From Curvularia clavata (Eukaryota), in NCBI GenBank assembly GCA_023920165.1, contig CP089275.1, positions 5,518,001 to 5,582,000 of the forward strand: a DNA stretch of 64,000 nt, in the 5' to 3' direction. Of the stretch, positions 22,321-35,990 are shown piece after piece. The notes beneath the pieces were generated by a model. It saw nothing but the letters and a program-made list of their open reading frames with translations. It was not told where the DNA came from and made no database searches. Each line of letters opens with the position of its first letter. Within the stretch, counting starts at the first letter, position 1. Made by a program: the position numbers and the translations under genes.

Positions 22321-24361
22321 TCAGCTCTTGCACACACCACTGGGCACGGTAAAGCTATTTGTCCTTGCCGTCGCAGAGTACTTCGCACCCTGACCGAGGC
22401 CACGCTTGGCAAAACCCTGCCAGATCTCGCACTGGTTCTGACCGCCAGTAAGCGCCTTGTCGGCATCGACAATAGCGTCACGGGCAGAGACAAAAGTAGG
22501 GTTGCAAGGCTGCAGGGCCATGCCGTCCATGAAGAGCTTGAGGGCAAGGTACTTTCCGTCAGTGGGGACGCCGCGGGAGTCAAAAGCAGGGCGGTCCGAG
22601 TCGTTCTTGCCGTGCTTGTCGATGAGGTTCCAGAGGACTTCGTAGAGCATGGAAGCCCAGATGTTGCCGATGGGGTGCACCTTGGTGTACTTGTCGGCGT
22701 CCGAGTAGACTTGCGGGTTGACGGTCATGTCGGTCGAGTAGAGGGCTTGACGGATACCCTGGGGCTTGCCGGTGACCCACTCACCAATGGGGTAGTTGGT
22801 CTTGCGCGTGTCCTTGGCCTTTAGGCGGAGAGCGGTCGCGAAGGTGTCACTCCAGCCTTCGCCCATGCCGCCGGATTCGAGAAGACTGAGGCATCCGGAG
22901 TTGGCAGGGCCGCCGGTAAGACGGTTGGACAGGCCGTGGGTGTACTCGTGGAGGACAACGCCGGCGTCGAAGGAGCTGTCGCGCCAGGGCGTAGTGGAGG
23001 TGAACATGTACATGCGCATGCGTGGGGATTGGCCATCTGGTGGTGTGGCGAAGTTTGCGTTGTCGGTGTCGGATCCGTCTTGGGTGTTGAGGTAGGCAAA
23101 GTCATTGCCCTTTCCACCGGCGTTGTTGTTGTTGAGCTCAAAGTTACCAGCCTTCTCGTTGAAGCCTAGTGTGTGCAGAAGGTCATGGTACTTGTTTGAG
23201 GTGTAAAAGAGCTGGGTAACTGAGGCGTTGACGTACGACTTCCACTCGCTCTCATTTGGCGAGTAAGGGAAATCATAGACCCCGTTAGATACAGCGGGGC
23301 GTGGTAGAGAAATGAGGTTGCTTGGTTCGTTGTCCCAGTTGCTCTGGGCAGCCGCGTTGTTACCGCGGGTGGTGTTCCACTTGGTTGTGCCGTCGCTGTG
23401 CCATCCAAACTCGCTAGCTGGCTTGTACTCAGGATCCTTGACCAGAGTGCGCTGTCCCTCTGATGGGTTGGTGACGCCCCAGGGGCTTAAAGATGTCAGC
23501 GATGCGTAGGTATAAGAATGGGTGTTTAACATACTAGACGTTGTAGGTGGCGTCGGCAGAGTAGTCAATGGCAGTGTGAACCTTGTTGCCAGTGTCTGCG
23601 TCAACGTAGGTCAGGAGCCAGTTGCTCAAAATATCAGTCTCGATCCTCCAGGTGAGGGACAGCTTTCCCTCTTGGTTGACAAGATAGACAAGGCGTGCTT
23701 CCGGATCGCTAACACATCCAGAAGTCTTCTTAATAGTGAAAACGTTGGCCTCTTGTTGGGCTTCAGCAGTAGCGGACTGAGCAGATACGGGGAGAGAGAG
23801 AATCTCAACAGCCGACTTCAAAGCATTCACTGGTTCAGCAGCATCACGCTTGCTCAGGCTAGGTGGTGCTGGGATGTCGCCCTTGTAGAAAGAGTTTCCA
23901 AATGAAAAGATTTTTCCATCACGGTCAACCTGGTAGATGTTAGATATAGTCCCGTGATATGAAGTTTGAGTAAGAAAGTTCCATCCACTTACGTTTACGT
24001 TGAAGTCGGCTGTGTCAATGTCTAGACCGTTGGCGGTCTGCTTGTAGTAAAAGTGAGCGATTCCATTGTCACCGACGTATGAGTCTCCCGCAAGACGAAA
24101 CGTAGCACCGGGTACAGTAAGCTTGACCAGGTCGTCTGCGATTTCCTGGGCACTTGCACGCCTGGTGAGAGTAGAGGAGTCGATGGCGGGATCGGCCTGG
24201 ACCTCGGTGACATTCATGTATGAAGCAGCATGCTTGACACGGAACGCATCCAAGTCGACAGCCCTGCGGCTAAGTCCGTTGCGGCCCTGGCTAGCGTGGG
24301 GATGGCCACGGACGCCAATAGCAGACAGAGATGCCAAAGTGGCAAGAAGTACAGACCGCAT
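22321..24361 (-). CDS. Fungalysin (peptidase M36) secreted metalloprotease
   Basis: Signal peptide [24 protein letters not shown] propeptide ([22 protein letters not shown]), [17 protein letters not shown], zinc motif [14 protein letters not shown] and [11 protein letters not shown]. Introns at 23930-23992 and 23486-23534. Confidence 0.96.
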
Positions 24362-25685
24362 GGTGAAGGAAGACAAGACTGGAACGAAAGACCAAAGGCA
24401 AGGTGTGGATGATGTAGATGCTGAGGGCGGCGAGTTTTATAGGACAGGTACGAACACGACCAAGGCAACCTATCCACCCCGACGTGATCCCTGGAAGACC
24501 GGGGTGGGAGCGATGCCGGGCGGGTTTGTTGGATATTGCTCGGTGGCGATGGTGTGCACGCGAGGAGCGACGTATCACCGGCTTCCTTTCTCAGCCTCGC
24601 TTCATGAGTAGCCCGTCACGCAGCGTCCGGGGGCGAAGAAAGCAGTTAGCGGAAAGTCTTGGCGACTTGGTAGAATAAGGCAGGAAATGTCCCAAGAACC
24701 CCGGTCTACGGGGCGGGCAATATAAGAGACGAGAGTGACGACCTTCCGCATGCAGCCACAGGTGCGCCGTCTGGTAGGGTTATTTCCGCTCGTACATGTC
24801 CATGGCTAATTACAGCGCAGCGAGGCATGATGGTACAGGACCAGCGTAGAAGGTGGATCCATAGGATGGGCCCTTGTGACAGCACTGCCAACCAACAAGC
24901 AATACATGGCGGTGCTTTTGCTCCATGACGTGCCTGCAGGAACCCGTAAAACTGGAACGTCGTAAGGCGCCCGGAGAGGGTCCTTTTGTCGATGAGGCCG
25001 TCGCACGCGCTGGATGGGTGCATGGGTGATGAGTCGACGACGGTCAGAGGCCTCTGTTGCGCGATAGCATGGGCTTGGCAGGATGGTTACCTGCCTGATT
25101 GGCGGTAGCATGCTTTTTCCACACCCCCCACTCGAGCGCCGCAAATCGCTGCCCAGACAATCAAGCTCTCGGCCAAAGGCGCGGCATGCTAGCAGCGACT
25201 TGTCTGAAACCGGATGCTTTTTGGTCGTCGACTGCCAAACTGAGCGTGTGGATTGGGCCAAATCGAGACAGCCCTCAGCTCCTCCAGCAGACAGAAGCGC
25301 GCCCCTTTGTGCAGCCATGGGCCAGGCGTCGACGAATCAGGCCATCCCTCCCTCTCTTTCTGGCTTCCTTTCTGGTCGCGGTCCGATAAAGTGTACAGCT
25401 GCGGCAACCAACACCATACGAGAGCACTGTCGATGTTCGATAAGCACGTGTGACCAGACTACGCTACCTCCCTAATCCGGATTAGCGTATCCCGCGCTGC
25501 ACTGACACCGCGCGTGCCGAAGAGATCGCCGCATCCCCCTGGCCTGGCTCGACTGATGACAGACAGGATCACCCGCACAGGGAGCGACGTGACAACCAGA
25601 CAGACCCTGTATTACATCCATCCCTGCCATTGAATAATTGTATCTAGGTGTACCTGCCCAGCCACAGCCACAGCCACAACTGTGC

Positions 25686-28600
25686 CTACAACACTATCAG
25701 ATTCCCAATCTTCACTCCCTGGCTGCGGAAATAATACCGCCTTCTCATCCCTACTCCGCTCGCTCTCCTCAGCTTGTCCATGGTCGCTTGCCCTCCACCC
25801 ACCATGATTAGCGGTAGAGGATTGGGTCTCAGAATGCCAGACGGCGTATGCTGTACGTCATCCAGCAGTGGTTGAGCCGGTGGTCGGGCTGTATCACCAT
25901 AGCCATCCTCGTGTTCGGGGAAACTGACAACAATCACAAGCTGGAGTGATGCACCGTCGGGTGGGTACGCAGGGATATTGTGAAGCTTGTGGGAAAACGA
26001 GCAACCACCACGCGCTATCACAAGGACCTGATACTGCTTCGCAATCTCCACTCCGAGACGCTCATCGCAAAGTGTGGTCGGGTGTACGTAGATATTTGTC
26101 CACGTCAGTGGATTGTCAACACTGTACGTCATGTCGGCGTCTTTGCTATCGGGCATCGGAACCGCTCCAGGCCCAGTGGGTAGTGCAGCTGCCAAGGAAT
26201 AACGTTTGGTACGCTGCTGGTCCGTGTCCCCACCGAGCCACTTTGTTGATGTCGAGGTAGGCATAGGAGCAGACAGTAGAGCTTGCAGCGAGGAAAGAAG
26301 GCCCGCAAGATACGACGGCTCGCTGTCCAGCGCTTCAGCATCCACATCCAGCTCAATCGAATCTGCAATGTCCATGTCAGACAGGTTGCTGGCCCCATCC
26401 AGTACTTCGTTAACCAAGTCAGACAGCAAACTCGACATGCTCGAAGTCGTCTGTGGTGGAACATCAATCACCAAATCTACCACCTGAGCATCTCGTGTCC
26501 TGGTAAACAAAGGATCAAGCGGATTGAAGTTTTCCATGGTGGAACGCGACATGAACACCTTCTCATCACGTCCCAAGGCAATGTTGGAAATGGCGTAGAT
26601 GCGGAACTGGTCGTCCATCTCCACTGCTTTGTTCAGAGTAGCCATGTCATCCGGCTCGCGCACCATGCCAAATCGCAGCCCACTGATGGAGTTGACCAGG
26701 ATGCCTTCTTGTACTCTTGAAAGCGCGTTCACAAGCGATGCGCTTGGCATGTTGGGGAACGATAGGTCGAACGTCGACCGCGACGCCATGAGCGAGCTAA
26801 TGGCATTGTGTGGAACTAGTTCTGGAGGCAACGTCCATGGGTAGTATGTGTAGTTGGAGGGCGATCGAACATCCGACGCTGAAATGCTGGGGTGGTCGGC
26901 GCTAAACTCCACCAGCGGGGTATCCAGCGTCTCAATGGTCGGCATCAGATGCAGCTTTGCGAGGCTTGCAGCATGGAAGACATCGCCACGAGCCGCGGTC
27001 GCAGAAATGCTGAACGGTAAGTGCGCTGGTGGGGGAGGGCATGTCTCGCGTGCCTGCCACCCATACGATGCTTGAGAAGCCGACTGTTTCTTTGAACGCA
27101 CGCGTTTGGGTACAATCAGAGGATGTCCTTCTGTAGTAAAGACGAATGGTGCATCCCACGAGTTGAGCGGATGAGACGGATCAAAGAGAAGGAACATATA
27201 CTTCACAGTCTCGCCCAGGAAGAAGCTTTCCATACGATCGCTCAGCTCCCCGCTGCGCACATCTTTGAGACCCGCCCATCCGCACTTGGTCCAGCAACGT
27301 CTCTTGATGTCACGAAGCGCCATCTCCCCAACGTGCAGATACCAAGGATCTTTGGTGGCTTGGTAAAGGTACCAGGTAGACTCAATCCACTCTGGTCGGC
27401 CACCCCACCAGCGCAGGCCATGCTCAATGCTGCCTGTTGCAGTTGACCATCTCTCAGGCATGGCAGAGTATCGTGTCCACAAAGCAGTGTATAACAGGTG
27501 CGTCTCAATGGCTTCGTCGAGCTCGCCAGCCATAGTCAATAGTCCTTGATAAAATGCACTGAGACTGTCAATCCAGAAAGCCCTAATGGCGCCAGTGTAC
27601 AGATCGACCTGAGCGTAGTGGGGATGGTGATGCTGAGCACCACGATAGATCTGTCGTTTGATACCATCATGCGCATCGAGCCAGGCGCCAAGGAAGGCTT
27701 CTGGAGAATCCGTAGTAGCATTGGCTTCGTCATAGGGTAGGCCAGAGAGTAGAATGTGCGACTTGAGGGCGTATTCAAAGAAGCTGTCGATGCCAGCTCC
27801 GATGCCGGTGTAGGCATTCACCCATTGGCCCGTCTCAGCGTCGATACCGGCACCTATTAGTCCAATGCTGCTTCTGCGTTGCCAAACCGCCCAGAAAGCC
27901 TTTTTGGCTAATTTCTCATACCGAGGATTACCAGTCAGTCGGCTGAGGACGGAAAATTCAAGTACTAGACTTCCCGCTCCAGCACTGCAAGTCTCTGTGA
28001 TTTCGGTTCCTTTATCATTGGGGTCTCTTCCGCATTGGCCATGTTCAGCATCCATGTTGTGCGGAGATTTGGCATAGAAGGGTATCCCATGTCTCAGGTT
28101 AACTCGGGGGTATGGCAGGCCAGTGGGCGTGTTGAAGGCGGGTAGTATTCGTTCTGCCAGATCTGTAGCTAGGCGCAACAATTGCCCGTCATACACAAAC
28201 CCGCTCGACCAGAAGATTCCATCTTTTCCATCCTTGCGCTCCAATTTGGGAGCGTATCCACGGATCGGCAAGTCTCCAACTGCGAACTGGTGTGCGCTCA
28301 GCAGACCTCCGACTCCACGAATGACTGTCTCGAAGACTTGCACTTTGCTGTCCAGGTCAAAGCCTCTCGATCTCGCGCCTTGGCCGCTCGGCCCAGGTCG
28401 ACCATCTCCGTAGTTCTCGACCAAGAGCTCGATGCCATTCTGAAATTCTGCCAAAGGTCCGTTCGTGCCGGTCTCGCTGGGTGGAGGGGTCGAGGCGAGA
28501 ATGGCCAAAGTGGATAAGCTGTCGATCAGAGTCAACGAGTAGTTTCCTAAGACATCGTTGACTTCAATGTGCGCGGGGTTCTTGCGGTCGCGTGTCAGTG

Positions 28601-28862
28601 GGCCGCAGGTCAGTGGACGCAATTCGTCTTCCGGGAACGCATGTTCCATATAGTTGTTGTAGCCATGATCGAAAATATCGCGTGTCTCTTGCCTGGTGAT
28701 GTTAGCAGGCGCACGCAGCTGGATAGGCAGGATTTTGCAAGGTTACCTGAGAGCTGCTATGGTCTCATCGGTCATGCAGCATGCGAGAGTCGCCCAGCAG
28801 CATATGCAAAGTACAAGTATCCATGGCGCATTCCGCCGCGGAGGCCATCCAGTCTGTCGCAT
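25686..28862 (-). CDS. MNL1: GH47 alpha-1,2-mannosidase-like ERAD protein (EDEM/Htm1-Mnl1 type) with C-terminal PA-like domain
   Basis: Signal-bearing exon 1 (MRQTGWPP...WILVLCICCWATLACC), intron near 28693-28746, then FDHGYNNYMEHAFPEDELRPLTC, LTLIDSLSTL, VQVFETVIRGVGGLLSAH, GAGIDSFFEY, RPEWIESTWYLY, DRMESFFLGET, FTTEGHP and PA motif IARGGCSF. Confidence 0.93.
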
Positions 28863-29205
28863 GGGCAAAGAGGTGCCCGTGAGGTGACATCAGAGTGGGC
28901 TCTATTTAACAGTAGAAAGCAGACATATCAAGGGTATATATTAGCACGAGGTGGGGCCACATGGCGTTCAGCAAGTGAAGGACACGATTACCATATGCCA
29001 TGGCCGAACGAGCGTCATTGCGCCAAGAAATTCTACCCGTCAATTATTTCATCGCAAGACCGCAGAGACGCAACCGCCATTGAATCTGCCCGCCATCCCG
29101 CCCTCCTGGCTTTTTAAGCCCATATGTTATAGAGGCGCATACCTTTAATCTTCCTTTTCTCCTGGTCGATTCGCACTTTCCTTTGGATTTCTCACTCTGC
29201 CCGCC

Positions 29206-31046
29206 ATGCTGCCGCGAGGTGCCTTTCGGGCGCTGCGCACGCGGCCGTTCCTCGCCGCTCCACGCACAGTATCCATAGCCTCGACATGGCATTCGAATCG
29301 CACATATGCCAAGGTTGGCAAACCAAAGGATAACACATGGAAGCCATCAGACCCCATCAAATTCGACCAAGAAAACAAGGCGCGGCCGAACCCGGTAAAC
29401 TCTGCAGAGCAGCCTGAGTTCGATACTGCAGCATCGCCAGAAAGCAACACTACACCATCACAGCCTTCGAGACCAGCAGAAAGCGCTGCTCGGGCATCAC
29501 AAGATGCAGGAAATGACTTCAAAATGAGCGAGCAGGAGGAGATGTCGGGTCCCAAATCGGCTACCGAAAACACTGATCCCACGACCGAGAGCCCCGAGTC
29601 GCAACAGCCACAAAAGCCTCTGCCCGATCTGCGTTTCGGTATCCCTTCGACTTTTGCCGAGGAGCAGGCCGCAGCTCAGGGCAAGACGAAGAGAGATCCA
29701 AACGAGCCCAACGAGTTTCATGAAGACCCCACACCAGGCACTTCAGGTGGTCGTGAGGGCGGGGAACTCCCCAAATCTGCATACGAGACAAGCACCGACA
29801 GGCGGCGGAACCGTGTTGCAAACTGGTCGTATCTTGCCATGCTCTTGTTCGGCGCAACCGGAGCTGTCTATATGGGCAGGAACTGGGAAACCGAGGAAGA
29901 GGAAGCAGCACACACAGATGCTCCAAACGGTTGGACACTGGGCGCCATGTATGCCCGTGCCGCCGCTCGTATCAACGGACAAAAGGCCTATTATACGGAA
30001 CCTACTTTCCAGAAACTGCTGCCCGACAAGGACAAGATCCCTGGCGGCGCTCCCGAACTGACGCTTGTTTTGAGTTTGGAGGACCTGCTGCTACATTCGG
30101 AATGGACCACCAAGCACGGCTACCGACTAGCAAAGCGGCCTGGTCTTGACTATTTCCTGCGTTACCTCAACTCGCAGTTCGAGCTTGTCATTTTCACCTC
30201 TGTCAAATCCATGGACGCCGACCCTATCATCCGCAAACTCGACCCCTTCCGCCTTGTCATGTGGCCGCTGTTCCGTGAGGCGACGCGTTTCGAGAAGGGC
30301 GAGTACATCAAGGTACGTTCAAGTCGAAACCCGCAGTTACATGTTACTAACTTTCCCAGGATCTCTCATACCTTAACCGCGACCTCTCCAAAGTCATCAT
30401 CATCGATACCGACCCATCCCACGTCAAACTCCAGCCTGAAAACGCCATTGTCCTGCCCAAGTGGAAAGGCGACCCCAACGACAAGGGCCTCATCGCACTG
30501 ATTCCCTTTCTCGAATACCTCGCTATGATGAGCCAAACCGGCCAACCCATCGACGTCCGCACCGTCCTCAAGTCCATGGAAGGCAAAGACATCCCCACCG
30601 AGTACGCCCGCCGAGAAGCCAAACTGCGCGAGCAATTCCAACGCGATCTTGAGCAGCAAAAGAAGAAGGCCAAGAGCAGCGCAGGAGGCATGTTCATGAA
30701 GAGCCTCGGCCTCGACACACACAAGCAGGGCATGCTCCTCGGTGACCAGAACATCTCCCAGGGCATGAGCGAAGGCAAAATGATGATTGACATGTACCGC
30801 GACTTCTGCAAGCAAAACTACCTCCATCTCGACAAGCAGATTCGTGAAAACGGAGAGCAGTGGCTCAAGGATATGGCGGAGGAGGAGAAGAAGATGCAGG
30901 AGGCTCAGCTTAAAGATATGAAAGCGGGCGCTTTTGGCTGGCTGGGCGGTGCAGCACCTCAATCTGCTACCGTCCCTTCGGCGGCTTCTGCACCAGAAGC
31001 TGCTGCTAGTCATAACGAGGGTGTGCCGCCGACTCAGGTCAAATAA
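29206..31046 (+). CDS. TIM50: Mitochondrial import inner membrane translocase subunit Tim50
   Basis: Arg-rich presequence, single TM (WSYLAMLLFGATGAVYMG), NIF/FCP1-like domain TLVLSLEDLLLHSEW...KRPGLDYFL...LFREAT...KDLSYLNRDLSKVIIIDT. Intron 30313-30360. Confidence 0.96.
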
Positions 31047-31385
31047 ACGCCTATGATTTGAGTGAGAAGGTGGCTTTGGATAATCGAGATACCACGTCAA
31101 GTTAACAAAAAAGTCCAAGAAAAAGAAACAACGCGTATTCCACTCTGATACTGGTCTCTTTGTTGAAAAACGAAAAGGGCAAAATTGACTGTGCGTGGAG
31201 TGGTTGGTTGCCCCATATGGAGATACGTTTTGTGTACTATAATATGTATGTGTATATATGTTGGAAAATCTAGCAAAATGATAAATGACAACGACTAAAG
31301 ATGTCTGGGTGGTCAAATGAAAACCCTCCTCTTTTCACACATAAATGAAAAACACGGAAAGAACGAAAAAAAAAATACTGCTGCC

Positions 31386-33062
31386 TCATATCCACACATC
31401 CTCATCACTCGAACCACTCCCATCCTGAACCTCCACACTCTCAGTCTCCCTCGTCGTCGCCTGCCCACTCATAAACAACTCCGCAACCTTCTCTTTCGGA
31501 ACCCCATATGCCAGTAACTCACCTCTCGCCTTCTCCCTAACAGCCGGCTTCACAAACCTACCCGCTACCTCCCACAACCTCTCGCTCCGCGCCATGGGAT
31601 CATCCGCATAGCTAATCAGCTCGCCCATCCAATCCTCGCGATTCTGCTCCATATGCCAAAAAGCGATTCCAGTGCGCACGTAGATGAATCCAACATCAGC
31701 ACCGTTATGGAGGTGCGTTAGAAAAGCCTCAAAGCTGGGGCTAAAAGACTCGGTCAGGATGTTAATGCTGCGCATGCCCCAGAAAGCCGAGTCGTCCCAT
31801 TGTCTGAGCTGGTTGTATGCGGCGACGGTGCGAGCAACGAGTTGCAAGCGGAGGAGTACGCGGATGGTCATGCCTGTTTGGCCTGCGTAGCGCCCGTGGG
31901 CGACTGCGTCGTGGAAGAAGACGTCGGCCATGACGCGGCGGGTGCGGTTGTAGATGAGGATGTGGATTGCGTGAAAGGCTTTTTTATAGAGGTCGAGAGC
32001 TTCGAGAGCGGCAGCATCACGGGCGCTGTCTGGGTTGGAAAGCGCGGTGTCACCCGCGAGCATGAGATCGGTGGCGGATTCGAGGGATTGTTGGAGGGTG
32101 GGGATGGGTATGGCTTGGAGGCGCGCGAGCTCAGATCGTACGCTGCGTGAGAAGCCGTGGATGAAGACACCGGCTAGGCCTTTGACGTGCTCGAAGGGGA
32201 GAAGGAGTTTCTTTTGAAGAGAAATTGGAACACCTAGGCCCTCTTCTTCTCTGTTCTCAGCACCATCATCGCCGTGGCCCTCCTCTTTCAACGGGTTCCG
32301 CAGAGTAAACGTCGCATGTAGTCGTTCGTTGAGCATCGGATACGACAAGGCACTATAATACCACGTCTTTGCAAACAGCGGCAAGTCATCCATCAACATG
32401 ATGACCATATGCTCCGGCTCCACCCCTTGCAGGGGTGAATCAATCTGCACCACCGCATGATGTGCCTTGCACGCCGCCGCCTTGCTATCTGCACATACAA
32501 TTGGCACCAGGCCCTCGGACGAAATATGGTTTACTGTATACATGCAAAGATTCAACAATCAGCCTTTGACCTGCAAACTTTTGTTTTCGGATTTGGCTTG
32601 GAGGAGAAGAGGAAGCTCACGGTGACCGCTGCTGCTCTCAGACATGCTCATACTGCCTTGTTCTGATACTCCATCCGTCGCCATGAGATAGACTTGGTAC
32701 ATACCCGCAGTAGGCCATGGCGTCGCTATCTTGACAAAGATGTTTTCTCTGTCCCATACTCGCTTGCTCTCTCGGTATATTTGCTTGTTGACGTAGAAGA
32801 CATCGAGATCCCATTGGTAGACGCCTCCGTAGAAGCCTTTTGCTTCCAGCACAGGGTTCCGAACTAGATGGTCGCCGGGATGGAAGTAGTGTGAGTAGAC
32901 CTGTTCGCGCAGCTCGAGGGGAAGGCGCATGAAGGGGAAGGCCGGGGGGAGGGGCCCTGCGTCTTCGGTCATGGCTGGTGGTGGTTGTGGGGGATCAGCG
33001 GACTCTGACGGTGTATATCGTGACGCGAATGGATTGGGGACTAATGAAGAGAATTGGAACAT
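31386..33062 (-). CDS. Hypothetical protein with N-terminal F-box-like motif
   Basis: FPFMRLPLELREQVYSHYF and VNKQIYRES motif. Intron 32534-32704 (GTATGT...CAG) joins the two ORF-track fragments in frame (PWPTA-VNHISS). Start may instead be 32972. Confidence 0.75.
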
Positions 33063-33360
33063 GCCGATCGAACTTGCGGACCCGTGAACGGGACGTCGTG
33101 AAGAGCAACTTTGTGTCTTGCTGGTGCGACTGTGATGCACGACGGTCAACAATGCCCCGCTATTAACGCCGGTCTTAACACCGGTGAGCCGAGGCATGTA
33201 TAGATGAAAGATGATTCTTTATACTTTGGGCAATATATCAAACGAACTTTTGGAATTAGTAGTTACTGGTGAATAGTTTGAAGTTGAACTACGTGTTTGG
33301 CAGCATCTTCGCAGAATCAAGAAATTCTTTTGGCAAGATACGTGTTAGACATTTTATTAC

Positions 33361-35261
33361 TCAAAGTCCATACAAGAATGTCAACTTTGCATCCGCATAT
33401 CTCGTCTCATCCCGCCGCTCTGCCTCAATTTCCTCTGCAGTCATTGTGTTTATCATTTCCAATCTTTTGGCATTGATGCCCTTAAGCATAAGTCTGTATG
33501 CCGTGTATCCCATGAGGGCTGCTGCTACGAAACCCAAGGTAGCGTAAAAGGGAGTGAGGTATCTGGGCGCATACTTCTTTTTGTATAGCTGGCCACCAAT
33601 CACACCGGCAAGATTACCGAATCCATTTACACCTAGGACGAGGGAGCGTTTGCCGGGTTCTAAAACCCTCAGTTAGTACGACTGTTCTCACGAAGGAGGC
33701 GGCCGACTATGTGCAGCTATGTATGACATACCAGGATTGTTACCGCTTAGCCAGGCTACGGTAAGAGGGGCTGAGATGTAGCTACCGAAGAGCAGGATAC
33801 ACAAGCCTAGATACTGGGTGCCATGCGACCGTGTAGTAACAGTGATAATGAGCCCCACAAGCGAGATGCATATACCCGTGATGATGTGATAGCCTCTTTC
33901 TTTTCTACAAACCGATATTAGTAAAAGCCATGATACTGTCCATGGGCATAGTCACCGGTGATCCGAGTTAAGGGCAAAGAGATAGAGGCCTACAGCACCG
34001 CAAACGAAAGGAGGTACAGACATCTGTGGTTACCTATATTAGTCACTCCATGCATATCAAATACCAAGCATAGATTCTCAAGTACCAAGTTTGCCTCTAT
34101 AGACGAGTATCCCATGCCCTGGACCACCATTGGCATGAAGACGGAGAACGCTTGGCTCGGCACACTTGCACAAATATTGAATACCAACAAAAACCAGAGT
34201 TTCCAGTCTTTTGCTGTTTCTATGGCGTCCCGTTTTGTAAGTCGTTTCTCCCTCCCGCCGTTGTTACTATATTCATGGGCGACAGAGGCAGAATTGTCCT
34301 TGGCGATACGTTGCGCGGCAAACTGCCGCTCATCGGAAGAGAGAAACCAGGCTGATCTCGGTCCTTGGGGTAACCAAAACCAAGCGATGAATGCGATGAA
34401 TATTGTGACGCTTCCTTCAATGATGAAAAGATATTGCCAGTTTCTCAGGCCCGTGCCGTTTAGGTGGAAGATGCCATATGCTAGCGAGACCTTCGTCAAT
34501 TCAAGTGCTCCTGTATTCTTCTTTCGGATCACGTACCAATCGATCCCGAAAAGGCGCCAGCTACTGCATATTGCCCATAGAACAGGCCAATGCGAACTGC
34601 GAGGTCGTACCGGCAATAGAAGCTGGAGAGATAGGCTATAGCGGTAGGGTAGAAGCCTGCTTCAAAGGCACCGATCATCAGTCGGACAGCAATAAGCGCT
34701 CTCCTACCATGGACGAATGCATGTGCTACTGTAAAGACTCCCCAACCGATCTGAGACACATGTTAGGATGCCGGCTACGTAATGTAAACAGTGGAGCTTG
34801 CCATGATGATGGTAATCCAATGTTTCGCACCAAGCCATCTTCCAACCGCGGCTGAAGGGGGCTGTAGCAGCACAAACGTGATGAAGAAAAGCGAGACTGC
34901 GAGGTTAAGGTCGTCTGGGGTAGCACCGATATCTGTCGTAAAGCCTGCACATAGACTATGATGAACAGTTGGGATCATCAATGCGAGGCTCCGACGTACC
35001 TTGAGTCTCTGCATTGCCCACGTTGGATCGATCTAGGCCATTGAGAAGATACAAGAGAGATAGGAATGGGAGCAAAGCGATATCCATCTTTCTGTTGACT
35101 TGCTTGGATATGGACTCGTCCAGGACGCAAGTAGGTCGGTCATCGTTCGACATTGCAGTCGACTGGGCCGAACCAGTAGCCACGAAAACAGAATATTTAG
35201 AGCCGTGAACACAAGGAATCAAGGGCTCACTCTCGCTTTCGGTCTCTCCAGGGGAGGCCAT
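33361..35261 (-). CDS. MFS transporter, anion:cation symporter (Dal5/Tna1-like) family
   Basis: Multi-exon. RKMDIALLPFLSLLYLLNGLDRSNVGNA, RLMIGAFEAGFYP, YLSSFYCRYDLAVRIGLFY, WQYLFIIEG, LPQGPRSAWFLS, APRY and terminal FLYGL*. Confidence 0.92.
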
Positions 35262-35990
35262 GGTATAGACAGGGTTGACACTAAGAACAGCCAAGCACAG
35301 ACCACTAGAGCCGACGTGTATTCACTTGTACGTAACTTTCATGGCCGGTTCCGTCTGCTACTCGTGTTCCTCGGCGATTTTTGTGTGTAGATTTACCAAC
35401 ATCGCCCGTGGGGCAGCTTGCCCGGTCCTAACAGTGTAAAGCCTTGGCATGCACGAGCCTCCTGATTGAGCCAGGCCAAATGTCTCGTCTAGGCCAATGA
35501 GTGGCTCCCAGCTGCAAAAAGATCTTGTTTTCTGCGGGTGCTGACTTAGACGACTGGGTCGCACGTGCCTTGCCAGATCTTCATGCAGGGTGTCCCTAAA
35601 CCCTTACGAGCGATCGCCAGGGACCTGAGGAATGGCCTGCTCGTAGTTCTGTGAATGTGTATTGCTTCATCGATAGCAGCACCGGTAACAGTTTTTGGCA
35701 GTTGGTGGCCCTTCTCTCCTCCCTTCATAGCAAGGCTATCGGGTGGCTGAATGCTGACGTCTTTGGAAAACGGTGGTCACATCAGCAGGACCCTGGTCAC
35801 CGTGGAGGCTAGTGAGGGCGAACCTCGTGGCTGCAAGCTGCAAATTACCAAAGGCGATCTGTCGAGTGGAGTCAGTGAGCCAAGTCATGGGTTGGAAACG
35901 CCGCGGCCAACGGAAAATTCCTCCTTCAGCTCCAAGCGTGCCAAAGCAGTGTTGCGGCATTGGCCGGGAAGATACCTCCGCGGCACATCA

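Noticed and set aside
25026..25100. GTGATGA...CTGA spaced like a C/D snoRNA
   Set aside because: There is no clear terminal stem and no rRNA guide of convincing length, so it is likely chance.
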